Notes: generated by a model from the sequence alone, not told the origin. A stretch of DNA of 64,000 bases from Kofleriaceae bacterium (GCA_965215005.1 CBDCCZ010000010.1:1-64000); one strand, 5' to 3'; shown: positions 20,469 to 30,512, numbered from the stretch's first letter. Numbers and translations: made by a program.

Positions 20469-21462
20469 ATGCTCAGCAAGCTGCCTTGCCTCGCGCTCGT
20501 CGCTGGTTCCCTCGTCGTCACCACCATTGGTTGCTCCGATGACGACAACGTCAACGCCGCTCCCCAGCCGCGTCTCGAGGTCACCGGACCGGTCACACTC
20601 GACGTGAGCGACGAGGAGAGCGCGCTGTTCGTCGTTCCTGGAACAGCGGTGATGTTGAGCGGCGCTGGTAGCTTCGATTATCAGGGCGAGGACCTCACCT
20701 TCGAGTGGACGCTGGTCGCGCCGGAAGGTAGCAGCGCGGCGCTCTCGAGCACCACCGGCCCCGAAGCCTCCTTCACCCCCGACGTGGTCGGCTCCTATGA
20801 GGTCACGCTCGTGGTGAGCGACGGAGAGGAAGGCGCAAACGCCAGCGCCACCGTCATTGCGCGGGAGAACATGGCCGCCCACCGCCAACGCCGGCGAGGA
20901 TCAGGTTGTCGCGGAGGGGCAAACGGTGCAGCTCGACGCCTCGGCTTCGGCCGACGCCGCCGAGAGCGATGCTCCAACCGTCGACGATGCCCTCACTTAC
21001 GAGTGGACGCTAACGGATCCAGCGGGCAACGACATCAGCGAGGATAGCTTGAGCAGCGTGATGGCAGCGCGGCCCTCCTTCGACGCCACGATGGTCGGCG
21101 TCTACACCGCCACTGTGAAAGTCACCGATCCCTTTGGCGCCACCGCAACCGACGAAGTCAGCATCACCGTTCGCGCCAACGAAGCCCCCATTGCGGATGT
21201 CGTCAAGACTGCTCAGGGAAGCGTGGGCATGCCCATCATTCTCGATGGCAGCGCCTCGAGCGATCCCGACGGCGACACCCTCGAATACACCTGGCTGGTG
21301 ATCGATTCTCAAGGCGTCAACGTGACCGAGCAATTGACCAACGCAGACACGGCGCAACCAACCTTCACTGCCACCGAAGCAGGCGTTTACGAGGCCACTC
21401 TGCGCGTGAGCGATGGCTTCGCCACGAGTGAGCCCGAGACGATTCGCATCGACGTCATGTAA
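20469..21462 (+). pseudogene. PKD/Ig-like repeat lipoprotein (three repeats) split by a +1 frameshift near 20874
   Basis: Frame 1: lipobox TIGC and one PKD repeat ending ...IARENM. Frame 2 continues PPTANAGEDQ...LDASAS and LDGSASSDPDGDTLEYTW. Could be a sequencing error. Confidence 0.8.
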
Positions 21463-21590
21463 GCCTCTCTGGTGAGGCACTACGGCAACGAGAGCCGCCC
21501 CCCATCTCATTCCGCACCGCGTGCGACCTCCTAGCGCGCACCGGGCTCGCCCCGAGACACGGCGGCCCCGGTGCGCGTATAGTCCGCGCC

Positions 21591-22686
21591 ATGAAAACGG
21601 TCTCAGCCTTAGCCCTGGCGACGCTGCTCGCAGCCGCCTGCACAAAGAACGACGCCGCGCCGGCACCGGCGAGCCCGGCGATTCCCGAAGCCGAGCCGAT
21701 GGCTCAGCCCACGCCCGAGCCGCAGCCCGACCCGGCGCAAGCCGAGGCTGACGCTGCTGCGCAAGCCGAAGCCGAGGCCAAACGAGCCAACGCCGAGCGT
21801 GTGGCTGCTGCGCGCCAAGAGCTCGAGGCCGAGGCGGCCACCGAAGCAGCGCGCTGGAACGACGAGCTGCACAAAAAGGCCACCGCGCTGCGCAATCGCA
21901 AGTTCAGAAGCGCCAAGCAGGCTCTCCCGGCGATCTTGGCGAGCGAGCATCGCGAGCCTGCCCATCGCGAGCGCGACGCCTACCGCCATCCGCTCAAGAC
22001 CCTGCTGTTCTTCGGCATTCAACCCAGCTGGACGGTGGTAGAGCTCGGCACCGGTGGCGGCTGGTACACCGAGATCCTTGCCCCGCTGGTCGCCGGCAAG
22101 GGCAAGCTCATCGCCGTTAGCTAGCGACGCCGAGGGTCCGGCGGATTCGATGCGAACCGTGTACGGCATGCGCCTCGGGCTGTTCTTGGCCAAGTCGCCC
22201 GAGCTCTATGGCGACGTTCAAGTCGTGGCCATCGACCCACCCAACCGCCTCGACCTCGGTGTCGAGGGCACCGCCGATGCCGTTCTGGCGATTCGCGAAA
22301 TGCACAACTGGTATCGCAGCGGCGCGATGGATGCATATCTAGCGGCGGTTCATACCGCGCTCAAAGACGGTGGTGTGCTCGGTGTGGTGCAGCATCGAGC
22401 GGCGGCGGGTTCGAGCCCCGATGACAGCGCCAAGTCGGGCTATCTGCCCGAGGCATGGCTCGTTGAGACCGTTGAAGCCGCGGGGTTCAAGCTCGCCGGC
22501 AAGTCTGAGATCAACGCCAACCCCAAAGACACCAAAGACTACGAGAGTGGCGTGTGGACGCTACCGCCAAACTACGCGCTTGGTGAGACCGATAAAGACA
22601 AGTACACCGCCATCGGCGAGAGCGACCGCATGACGCTCAAGTTCGTCAAGGTTCCTGCCGCGCAAGCCTCCGCTGCGGCCCAGTAA
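21591..22686 (+). pseudogene. Exported class I SAM-methyltransferase-fold lipoprotein split by a +1 frameshift near 22122
   Basis: Frame 1: LAAAC lipobox, RDAYRHP..TL.FFGI, VVELGTGGGWYTEILAP, ending LIAVS*. Frame 2: DAEGPAD...EMHNW...SEINANPKD...GVWTLPP...IGESDRMTLKFVK. Confidence 0.82.
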
Positions 22687-22727
22687 CCGGCCCGCGAGGC
22701 ATTTCCGAATGCGGTAGGCTGGCGGCC

Positions 22728-24614
22728 ATGCTCATGCAAGCCGCCGGTCGTCGCATCGCGCTCCTGGGTGCTGCGCTGCTCGCAGCGAGCTGCGCCCGCT
22801 CGCAGCCCTCCGCCCCACCGACTGCCCCACCGACTGCAACGCAGACGCCGCCGGCTCCTGCGCCTGCCGTAGAAACGGCCCCTGGTCCCGATGACCTCGG
22901 CGCACGCGTTGCCGGGCCGGCCACGGACGTTGCCGTTGGCAACGCCGGCGTCACCAGCGCGGAAGCTCACGCCACCGCCGCGGGCATCGCGATCCTCGCC
23001 GCCGGCGGCAACGCTGTCGACGCCGCCGTCGCGGTTGGCTTCGCCCTCGGCGTCACCCATCCCACCGCCGGCAACATCGGTGGTGGCGGCTTCATGGTCA
23101 TTCGCACCGCCGAAGGCAAAACCACCACCATCGACTTCCGCGAAGCAGCACCGGCAAAAGCCAAGCGCGACATGTACCTCGACGCCAGCGGCAACGTCAC
23201 CAGTGAGAGTCGGCTGGGACCACGCGCAGCTGGGATCGCTGGCGACGTCGCCGGCTTTGCCTACGCCCACCAACACTACGGCAGCTTGCCGTGGAAGCAG
23301 CTGGTCATGCCGGCGGTCGCGCTGGCCGCAGAAGGCTTCGAGCTCGATAGCTTTCACGCCGAAGATCTGCAGTGGGGCGCTGAAGCCGTGGCCAAATTTC
23401 TGGCCGAGCTGCGCGCCAGCGCGAGCCCGCGGCCGGCGCTGCTCGAGGCCGTACAAGAGACGCTCGAGCTGCTGCAGCACGAGGACGGCAGCTCGTACGA
23501 AGCCGGGCAGGTGTGGAAGCAGCCGGCGCTGGCCGCCACCCTCGAGACCATCGCCAACGGCGGCGCTAATGCCTTTTATCGCGGCCCATTGGCCAAGCGC
23601 ATGGCCAAGCGGGTGCAGGCAATGGGCGGCGTATGGACACGGGCCGACCTCGCCAAGTATCGCGCCATCGAACGCCGGCCGCTCGAGTTCGACTACCACG
23701 GCCACCGCATCACCACCATGCCACCGCCGTCGGCCGGGGGAGTTACGCTGCGGCAGATCTTCGCCGCTAGTGACATTCTCAATCTCGCCGCGATGAAGTG
23801 GGAGTCCGCCGACCGCCTCCACCTCTACATCGAGGCGCTGCGGCGGGTGTTTGCCGATCGAAACTTCGCAATCGCCGATCCTGATTATGTAGAGCTTCCC
23901 CTCGAGACGCTCCTCGACGTCTCGTATCTACAAGACCGCATGAAGGATATCGATCCGGCGCACGCAACCCCTTCGAGCGCCATCGCTGCAGGGGTCGAAG
24001 TAATCGAGACGCCCCAGACCACTCACTACTCCGTGGTCGATGAGCGCGGCATGGCCGTCGCCGTGACCTTCACGCTCAATGGTGGATTTGGCGCAAAAGT
24101 CCAGATTCCTGGCACCGGCGTCACTCTCAACAATGAAATGGATGACTTCACTGCCAAGGTCGGCGCGCCCAACATGTTTGGCTTGGTGCAAGGACCGCAG
24201 AACGCGATCGCGCCAGGCAAGCGCATGGTGAGCAGCATGACGCCCACCATCGTGAGCAAAGACGGGAAGCTGCGCGCGGTGTGCGGCTCACCCGGAGGGC
24301 CAACGATCATCACCACGGTGGCGCAGGTGCTGTTGCAGCTCATCGACCATCAGCGGCCGCTCGAGGACGCAATCGCCGCCACCCGAGTGCACCACCAATG
24401 GTTGCCAGACCGGGTCCTCCACGAAGAGGACCTCGATCCCGAGCTCGCTGCAGCGCTCGTCGCACGCGGCCACGAGCTGGCGAGCTGGGGCCGCATCGGT
24501 CACGCCAACTGCATCGAGATCGATGGCAGTGGCACAGTCCGAGCAGTCGCGGATGTGGGCCGCGACGGCGGCGATGCCGACGCGCTCAGTTCGCCGGTCG
24601 GCGGCGCTCGCTGA
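22728..24614 (+). CDS. ggt: Gamma-glutamyltransferase (lipoprotein)
   Basis: GGNAVDAAVA, IDFREAAP, autoprocessing TTHYSVVD, LNNEMDDF, SSMTPT, GSPGG. Confidence 0.95.
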   Translation: MLMQAAGRRIALLGAALLAASCARSQPSAPPTAPPTATQTPPAPAPAVETAPGPDDLGARVAGPATDVAVGNAGVTSAEAHATAAGIAILAAGGNAVDAAVAVGFALGVTHPTAGNIGGGGFMVIRTAEGKTTTIDFREAAPAKAKRDMYLDASGNVTSESRLGPRAAGIAGDVAGFAYAHQHYGSLPWKQLVMPAVALAAEGFELDSFHAEDLQWGAEAVAKFLAELRASASPRPALLEAVQETLELLQHEDGSSYEAGQVWKQPALAATLETIANGGANAFYRGPLAKRMAKRVQAMGGVWTRADLAKYRAIERRPLEFDYHGHRITTMPPPSAGGVTLRQIFAASDILNLAAMKWESADRLHLYIEALRRVFADRNFAIADPDYVELPLETLLDVSYLQDRMKDIDPAHATPSSAIAAGVEVIETPQTTHYSVVDERGMAVAVTFTLNGGFGAKVQIPGTGVTLNNEMDDFTAKVGAPNMFGLVQGPQNAIAPGKRMVSSMTPTIVSKDGKLRAVCGSPGGPTIITTVAQVLLQLIDHQRPLEDAIAATRVHHQWLPDRVLHEEDLDPELAAALVARGHELASWGRIGHANCIEIDGSGTVRAVADVGRDGGDADALSSPVGGAR

Positions 24615-27600
24615 ACCACTTCCGGTGCTGCTGCATGCGCTGGCGCTGCGCATTCGGAGCGCTTCGCTTGCAGCTCGCGCGCTCGTCCGAGTCTTGCGGC
24701 GCGCCCCAGCGCACCTCGACACAGTCATTGGGGTTATAGGCCATCTCCAGCGCCTCACGACGCGTCACAACATCTTTGAGCGACAGCTGCCACTGCGAGC
24801 CGTCTGAGCGCTGATACTCGAAGCGGCGCTTGGCGAGCTCGACGTCGAGCTCGCGGCGCAGTGCTTCGGCCACCGCCGGTGCTGCATCGACATCGACCCC
24901 GTACTGGGCAGGAGCGCGCTCTACCGCGGCGGGAAAGTCTAAGACCGTATCGATCGCGATCAGCAACCGCCAATCGCGCGACGGCGTCGAGAAGTCTTCC
25001 CACGGGCCGGTCGTGAGGAAGATATCGGCGCCGGCAGGCATGTCGATCGGCGCAAATCGTCGGCTCCGCATGAACGCTTCGCCGGTCTCGATGGAGTTGC
25101 CTCGGCGCGCCACCTGCTCTTCCAGGGCATCGATGAGCGAGCGCTGCATGACGCGCGGATCGAGCGGCCGGGGATTGATGAGCGCTTGCATCGAGTCGTA
25201 GAAATCGGCGGCACTGCCGCTGTATTGCTCGAGGCTGAATGGTGCGCTCCCATCCCGGCGCAAAGCGTCATTATCCGGCGCCTCGAGCCGTTTCGAGGCA
25301 TCTTCGTAGCGCCACGGGCGAAATGCTTTGAAGCCCGCGCCTCCGCTCGAGGCATCGGGATCGAACAAGAACGAGCCACGCCAGAACCGCCGCCGTCCGA
25401 CGGTGCCATCGGGCTGGGCATCGGCACCGATGAGCACGCCGTAGTCGCTACTCGTCTGCGGAATCCAGTCGACGAGCACGATGAGGTGGCCAAATGGATC
25501 GACGAACAGCGTGCCCGGCACCAACGCCTCGCGCGTGAGCGGCACCGGGTAGAAATCGCTGTCGTCGTCGGCAGGTGCAGTGCGCCCGCTCGACGAATGG
25601 ACGCCGTTACGCAGCTCGCGGTGGGCGAACGCTTGGAACGCTTGCACCTCGCTCGAGCGGCCGAGCTCGGCGCGCGTCATGAGATTGTCGGCGCCGGCGT
25701 GGCACCGCGGCGGCCTGCCCGGCCTGGCGCGGCTGCACTGGCGAAAACCAAACGGCAAGCCGAGCTTCCACGCGAAATAGGCGCGCAGCGTGTACGGAAG
25801 ATCGGCGCAGTCGGGTTCGAGATTCAGAGCGGCGTCCTCATCGAGGCTGAGGTGGCCGTGCAGGATGTTGTGCTCCGGGTCGTCGATGAGCGCCTGCAGC
25901 GTCGGCCAGGTGCGATCGTCATCGAGTGGATAGTCAAAGAGTCTCTCGACGAACACCGCATAGAGATCTTCCATCGCCGGATTCCAAGCGCGCCGCACCG
26001 ACCAAACCGCGTCGGCTGCTGCGCTGGACGGCGCTGGTTTGGCGGTGACCCTGAAGCGCCGGCACGCGGCGACCCGCTCGCCGTCGCCGAGCACGGCCGT
26101 CCAAGTGCCAGCGCGGGTTGCCTTCAGCTGCGCGATGAGCCCGTGTGGCGGTCCACCCGCGGTTACGAGGTCCGTGGCCACTCGTTGGCCGTCGGGGTCA
26201 AACACCGCCAGCTCCACAGGGCCGGGGTCCTCGCTACTGGTGCCAACGACCCGCACCGAGGCTCCTCGTAGGGGCGCTGCCGGCGTCACCAGCAGCCGAT
26301 CGCTGGCTTCGCAAGATCGGCGCAAAGGCTGGCTCACCGGTGCCGCCGGCCGCTCATGCGCAATGCCGGCGAGCTCGATTCCTGGCGGCTCTCCGATGAC
26401 ACCGATGCGCTCGATGCGCTCGAGCAGCGACCGCTTGGAGGAGCCGCGGCCGAGCTCGAGATCGCTCACCTGGACCGTGTTGACCAACCGCTGAATCTCG
26501 AGCGCCGTCTCGGGACACACCTCCTGATACTCAGCGAGCGCGTGGAGCACCATGGGTCGCTCCGCGGCGTCGCGTCCGAGATAAAGCATGATGTGTCCCG
26601 GGAGCTGGAGCAGCACGATGCCTTTGGCAGCGGCGGCATCGAGCAACCGCAGCTTGTCGGATTCACCAGCAGCCGTCACATCTACCCAGAACGAAGCGCC
26701 CTCCACTTGCCATGAGCTATGCCGCGGCAGGTGCAGATCGAACTCCTCGAACACGTCCAGTAGCAGCCGCGAACAGTCGATCCCGCCGCCAATGCCACCA
26801 AACCCATAAGGAGCGCCGAGATAGCCAAACGCTGCTTCGAGAAAGGCGCGCCGCGTGAGCGGACGCTGCACCGGCATCGCCGCACCATCGGCAACCGCCA
26901 CTCGTGCAACCCCGTCGGCAGAGGCAACGAAGGCCTCGCGACCGCGGTCGTCGGCCAACGCGATGCGCGTCGAGCGCGGCAGAGCAGACCACTGATCTTC
27001 GACCACCACCGCGTGGGGACCGCGCACGAACGCCCGCGCGTGGATAGGCTCGAGCGGCGGCGAAAGCGGCGCATCGGCGGCAATCCAGCCCCAGGAGTAG
27101 CGGGTCCGCGCCAGCGCCATGCCCCCGGGCCATGGCGCCAGCACCTGCACCACCTCCTGCGGGCCAGCAGCGCTACAGCGATTGCGATCGGTTCGCACCG
27201 GCCCGCCAGACGGCGAATAGTAGGCTTGCGGCGTGGGCGCGCAATACAGTTGCACGGTGGCGAGCGCGACCCGCAGCTCGGCATGTAGCTCGAGCGGCTC
27301 CGCCTGCGACGCCGCTAGCGGCCCATCCTCGGTGACCAGCTCGCCGGCGGCGAAACGCTCCTCGAGCCACTCGAAGCGCCCGCGCACCTGCGCCGCGAGC
27401 TCCGCGAGGTCTACCGGCGCGAGCAGATCGCGCTGAGCCGAAAATCCGGCTCTGGGTACTTCCATGGCTTGATTGAGAGCGCGAACCTGCGACGGCGTGA
27501 GCACCGGCGCGTCGACGTCGTGCTGCTGCGCAGCCCGCTCAATCCAATACGCGGCGCTGCGGTGCGCCGTCGTGACGCTGGGCAACAGCGCCGGCGCCGG

Positions 27601-27744
27601 CGCGCTCGCTGGACACTCCGCCGGTCGGTCCGCGGGATCGATTGCGCTCGTGGCCTTGGGCTCTTCGGCCGAGCCGTGACCTCGGGGTTTACAGCCCACC
27701 GCGACCAAAGCCGCCACGACAGCCAGACCTACGCGCGCCTTCAT
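24586..27744 (-). CDS. Large lipoprotein: SH3-like + NlpC/P60 peptidase + uncharacterised ~470-aa C-terminal domain
   Basis: Lipobox AVGC; YLGAPYGFGG...IDCS...LPRHSSWQ, PGHIMLYLG, VLHA. Overlaps the ggt 3' end by 29 bp (convergent). Confidence 0.85.
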   Translation of the reverse strand: MKARVGLAVVAALVAVGCKPRGHGSAEEPKATSAIDPADRPAECPASAPAPALLPSVTTAHRSAAYWIERAAQQHDVDAPVLTPSQVRALNQAMEVPRAGFSAQRDLLAPVDLAELAAQVRGRFEWLEERFAAGELVTEDGPLAASQAEPLELHAELRVALATVQLYCAPTPQAYYSPSGGPVRTDRNRCSAAGPQEVVQVLAPWPGGMALARTRYSWGWIAADAPLSPPLEPIHARAFVRGPHAVVVEDQWSALPRSTRIALADDRGREAFVASADGVARVAVADGAAMPVQRPLTRRAFLEAAFGYLGAPYGFGGIGGGIDCSRLLLDVFEEFDLHLPRHSSWQVEGASFWVDVTAAGESDKLRLLDAAAAKGIVLLQLPGHIMLYLGRDAAERPMVLHALAEYQEVCPETALEIQRLVNTVQVSDLELGRGSSKRSLLERIERIGVIGEPPGIELAGIAHERPAAPVSQPLRRSCEASDRLLVTPAAPLRGASVRVVGTSSEDPGPVELAVFDPDGQRVATDLVTAGGPPHGLIAQLKATRAGTWTAVLGDGERVAACRRFRVTAKPAPSSAAADAVWSVRRAWNPAMEDLYAVFVERLFDYPLDDDRTWPTLQALIDDPEHNILHGHLSLDEDAALNLEPDCADLPYTLRAYFAWKLGLPFGFRQCSRARPGRPPRCHAGADNLMTRAELGRSSEVQAFQAFAHRELRNGVHSSSGRTAPADDDSDFYPVPLTREALVPGTLFVDPFGHLIVLVDWIPQTSSDYGVLIGADAQPDGTVGRRRFWRGSFLFDPDASSGGAGFKAFRPWRYEDASKRLEAPDNDALRRDGSAPFSLEQYSGSAADFYDSMQALINPRPLDPRVMQRSLIDALEEQVARRGNSIETGEAFMRSRRFAPIDMPAGADIFLTTGPWEDFSTPSRDWRLLIAIDTVLDFPAAVERAPAQYGVDVDAAPAVAEALRRELDVELAKRRFEYQRSDGSQWQLSLKDVVTRREALEMAYNPNDCVEVRWGAPQDSDERASCKRSAPNAQRQRMQQHRKWFSERRRPAN

Positions 27745-28103
27745 TCGCTGGCCGCCGCGGGATGCGTGAGGCGAATTTTGCTCGCCCTGCGCGGGATGAA
27801 GGCGAGCGACGATTGCTGCTCGAGGCCCCGCTTCGGCGTCTCCTCCGTTGTTGCTTCCTCGTGCTTCACGACGTACGCCGGCAGTCCCATCACAGTGTAT
27901 CGACCGGGCCGGTAGGACTCCACCCCACGGCGAAGGCCCCGTCGGCCGCGGCGGTGCCCAAGCGACGATGCGCCGCCCTCTTGCCGCAACTCCAGTGGTC
28001 AGGTCGAATGACCCCGCGACGCGGTGCGGCAGGACAACCTGTACCTAATGATTCCATTTCGATAGATACGGTTTTGTGCAGCGACAAGCCGCTGTTCTCG
28101 CAC

Positions 28104-28119
28104 TGGCACGCACATCGCA
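28104..28119 (+). promoter_or_regulatory. Putative sigma-54 promoter
   Basis: TGGCACGCACATCGCA = GG-N10-GC with a consensus -24 box; AT-rich tract about 28020-28080 upstream. Confidence 0.55.
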
Positions 28120-28223
28120 CACACACCCTCTGCCGGGCTTGTCGCACCGCATGCGCCGAAGGGCGTACGTGGCCTAGAACGCCTGCGTTGGCTCCAGCCA
28201 GCGCAGTGATTGGAGCAGTACCC

Positions 28224-29300
28224 ATGCGAACGCTAATCGCGCCCCGTCTCGTTGTATCTCTCTTGGCCGTCGCGCTACCCGCTGCCGGCTGCATTGAAGC
28301 AGAATCTGGCGACTCGCAAGCAGGCGAGTCGGATCGCGCCGATAGCTGGGGCGGCAGCGCCGGTGGCAACTTCTATGATTGCTCGACGGAAATCCGTGAT
28401 GCGCGAACTGGCAAGACTTGGCGCTACGACACGTCGTGGTTCAACAACACCATCGATAAACATCGCATCTGGGTGTCACAGAACGATGGAACGACCATCA
28501 CCGGCTACCCGCCGCTCGAGCTTCGCAAGCTCGGCACCGACACCTGGCAAGACCCTCAGGGCAAGGTGACGCTCAAGCTTCAGCAGAACGGCGCCAACAA
28601 AACCATCGTCGTCACCCATCACTCTATCGGGCTCGTCACTGCCGCCAGTCGCGGCAGCTGCGAGCAAGTGGCACCGAGCCTCGATGGCGCCGAGCTCCAC
28701 AGCTTCTTCTACGGCGGCCGCTCGGTGCTCGACGGCAAGTGGCGCGCTATCGCTGCCGCGGGTGAACCCGTCGCCTCGGAGCCTCACGTCAGTTTCGAGT
28801 TCGACATGGCGCAGCCGCCCAGCGATCCCTACAAAGATTCTATCGGCTTCATCACCTTTCAACGCCGCTGCGATTTCGTAACTCACAGCGACTTGATGAC
28901 GGCCGGCTCGAGCATGACGCCTTCGGCGCCCCTCGGTCGCCTCGGCAACGTCGGCACCATCCTTGGCTTCAAGTTCCTGGTGACTCAGCTCATCGAGCTC
29001 GGTCGTTGCGCCCTCGATGACGACGGCTGGATCGATCAAACCCTCACCGCGCAGTTCATGCTGTTCGGCAAGAACAACGCGAAACGCTACGCATCGCAAA
29101 AGCTGGTCGCAGCGTGTGGTCAAGGTGCAGACAGCCTCTACATGGTCGTGCAAGCAGCCGGCTCGTACAATCCGCAAGCCGTGGCCTGCATGTCCATCCT
29201 GCGCCGGCCCGGCGACAACAACACCTACTTGCGCATCAAGGCCGCCTCTGCCGAATGGAACGCCGACCCGAGCGCGTGGATCACGTTCATCAGAGAGTAA
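28224..29300 (+). CDS. Hypothetical lipoprotein (358 aa)
   Basis: GGAG RBS, signal peptide ending AAGC, coding-like codon usage; no family recognised. Confidence 0.75.
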   Translation: MRTLIAPRLVVSLLAVALPAAGCIEAESGDSQAGESDRADSWGGSAGGNFYDCSTEIRDARTGKTWRYDTSWFNNTIDKHRIWVSQNDGTTITGYPPLELRKLGTDTWQDPQGKVTLKLQQNGANKTIVVTHHSIGLVTAASRGSCEQVAPSLDGAELHSFFYGGRSVLDGKWRAIAAAGEPVASEPHVSFEFDMAQPPSDPYKDSIGFITFQRRCDFVTHSDLMTAGSSMTPSAPLGRLGNVGTILGFKFLVTQLIELGRCALDDDGWIDQTLTAQFMLFGKNNAKRYASQKLVAACGQGADSLYMVVQAAGSYNPQAVACMSILRRPGDNNTYLRIKAASAEWNADPSAWITFIRE

Positions 29301-29411
29301 GCCTGTGACGCGCTCGCAGCGCGCGGGCAGGTGCCCACCTGCGAGCCGATGGAGCGGCCGCGGCCCCCGCTATGGAAGCGAGGCCCGCGGCGCAACATTT
29401 CATCGACTACT

Positions 29412-29485
29412 TGGAGGTGCCACCCGGATTTGAACCGGGGATGGAGGTTTTGCAGACCTCTGCCTTACCGCTTGGCCATGGCACC
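29412..29485 (-). tRNA. tRNA-Cys (GCA)
   Basis: GGTGCCATGGCCAAGCGGTAAGGCAGAGGTCTGCAAAACCTCCATCCCCGGTTCAAATCCGGGTGGCACCTCCA: 74 nt, GCA anticodon, T-loop GTTCAAATC, encoded CCA. Confidence 0.97.
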
Positions 29486-29692
29486 GATGGGTTTAGGAGC
29501 TGTGTGTGTTAGCACCTGACGGCCGCAGAAGGCAATGGCAGCGACGCGCAAGGTTGCCGCGCGTCGCTGCAGTCGGCGGCTGCGCCCAGTCGTTGGCGTG
29601 GTTGTGGGAAGGCGCTACAGCGCAGTGCTGGGTGTGGAGAGATCCAACAGCGGCTACGGTCCAGATTCCGGCGGTTTAGCGGCGAAAACGGC

Positions 29693-29708
29693 GGGCATGG
29701 AGCTTGCG
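29693..29708 (+). promoter_or_regulatory. Putative sigma-54 promoter
   Basis: GGGCATGGAGCTTGCG = GG-N10-GC with TTGC at -12, 37 nt before ATG 29745. Confidence 0.55.
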
Positions 29709-29744
29709 ATGAGACGCGTCATGCACTCACGAAGGAGTAGTCGG

Positions 29745-30512
29745 ATGCGTACGAATATCTTGATTGACAATGCGGCTTGGTTTTGCGCGGTTGCGACGCT
29801 GGGACTTGGGTGTGCCGAGTCGGTCGACGAGCCGACGCAAGAGGATTACGACGACATGGCGCAGAGCGTGGCGCCGCTCATCACCCAAGACCTCCGCGCC
29901 GACGGCACGCTGGCGGTGAGCATGGAGCTCGCTGGAGGAGATCGACCTTGGTGGCTAGCGGGCAGCACCGAGGGCGACGTGTCGGGCGACTTCGGCGGCC
30001 TTCGCTGGGACGTGTCGCTGGGCTGCCGCGATGCGCAGGGTGCCGTTCAGGGCGTGTGTGGCGTTTCCACCGACGAAGCGTCGTTCAACGCTGAGATTGC
30101 CGGCGACCTCAACATCCCCACGTACATGGCGAGCCTGAGCATCGCCCATCGCTGGGAGCTGACGGGGCTGCAGAGCGAGACCATCCACGCCACGGGTGCG
30201 ACGGCGATTGCAGGCTCCTCGGAATATATGGCCGCGTTGCGACCTGTGAGCCGATCGCTGCGCTTCGACTACGACGCCAACTGGGACGTGCAGGTTCCCA
30301 AGGCCGATCCGACGCTCGCCCGCGGCACCATCGGCGCGACTCTCGATGCACGCCACGTTGCGCGCGGTCCAGACGCCGACTCGGACTTGCACTTCCTCAT
30401 CGAGGTATCGGTGACGCTCGATGGCTCTGGCAGCGCCGAGGTCGTGCTCGACGGCGACGTCAGCTACGAGCTCGATCTGCGCACCGGCAACCTCACGCGC
30501 ACCGGCGCGTGA
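29745..30512 (+). CDS. Hypothetical beta-rich lipoprotein
   Basis: AAGGAG RBS, lipobox GLGC, then EDYDDMAQSVA and alternating beta-strand segments. Confidence 0.75.
   Translation: MRTNILIDNAAWFCAVATLGLGCAESVDEPTQEDYDDMAQSVAPLITQDLRADGTLAVSMELAGGDRPWWLAGSTEGDVSGDFGGLRWDVSLGCRDAQGAVQGVCGVSTDEASFNAEIAGDLNIPTYMASLSIAHRWELTGLQSETIHATGATAIAGSSEYMAALRPVSRSLRFDYDANWDVQVPKADPTLARGTIGATLDARHVARGPDADSDLHFLIEVSVTLDGSGSAEVVLDGDVSYELDLRTGNLTRTGA

Noticed and set aside
22118..22125. Amber readthrough (pyrrolysine) or programmed frameshift
   Set aside because: The continuation is in another frame so readthrough cannot work; no slippery heptamer at either frameshift.
24586..24614. Convergent 29-bp overlap of ggt and the NlpC gene
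   Set aside because: Short 3' overlaps are common in GC-rich genomes.
27642..28223. 194-aa N-terminal extension of the 27642-29300 ORF
   Set aside because: Low-complexity, overlaps the NlpC gene start; the RBS and signal peptide point to ATG 28224.
29300..29485. Integrative element at tRNA-Cys
   Set aside because: No integrase and no duplicate of the tRNA 3' end noticed in the window; only a short hairpin (GCAGGT-GCCC-ACCTGC).
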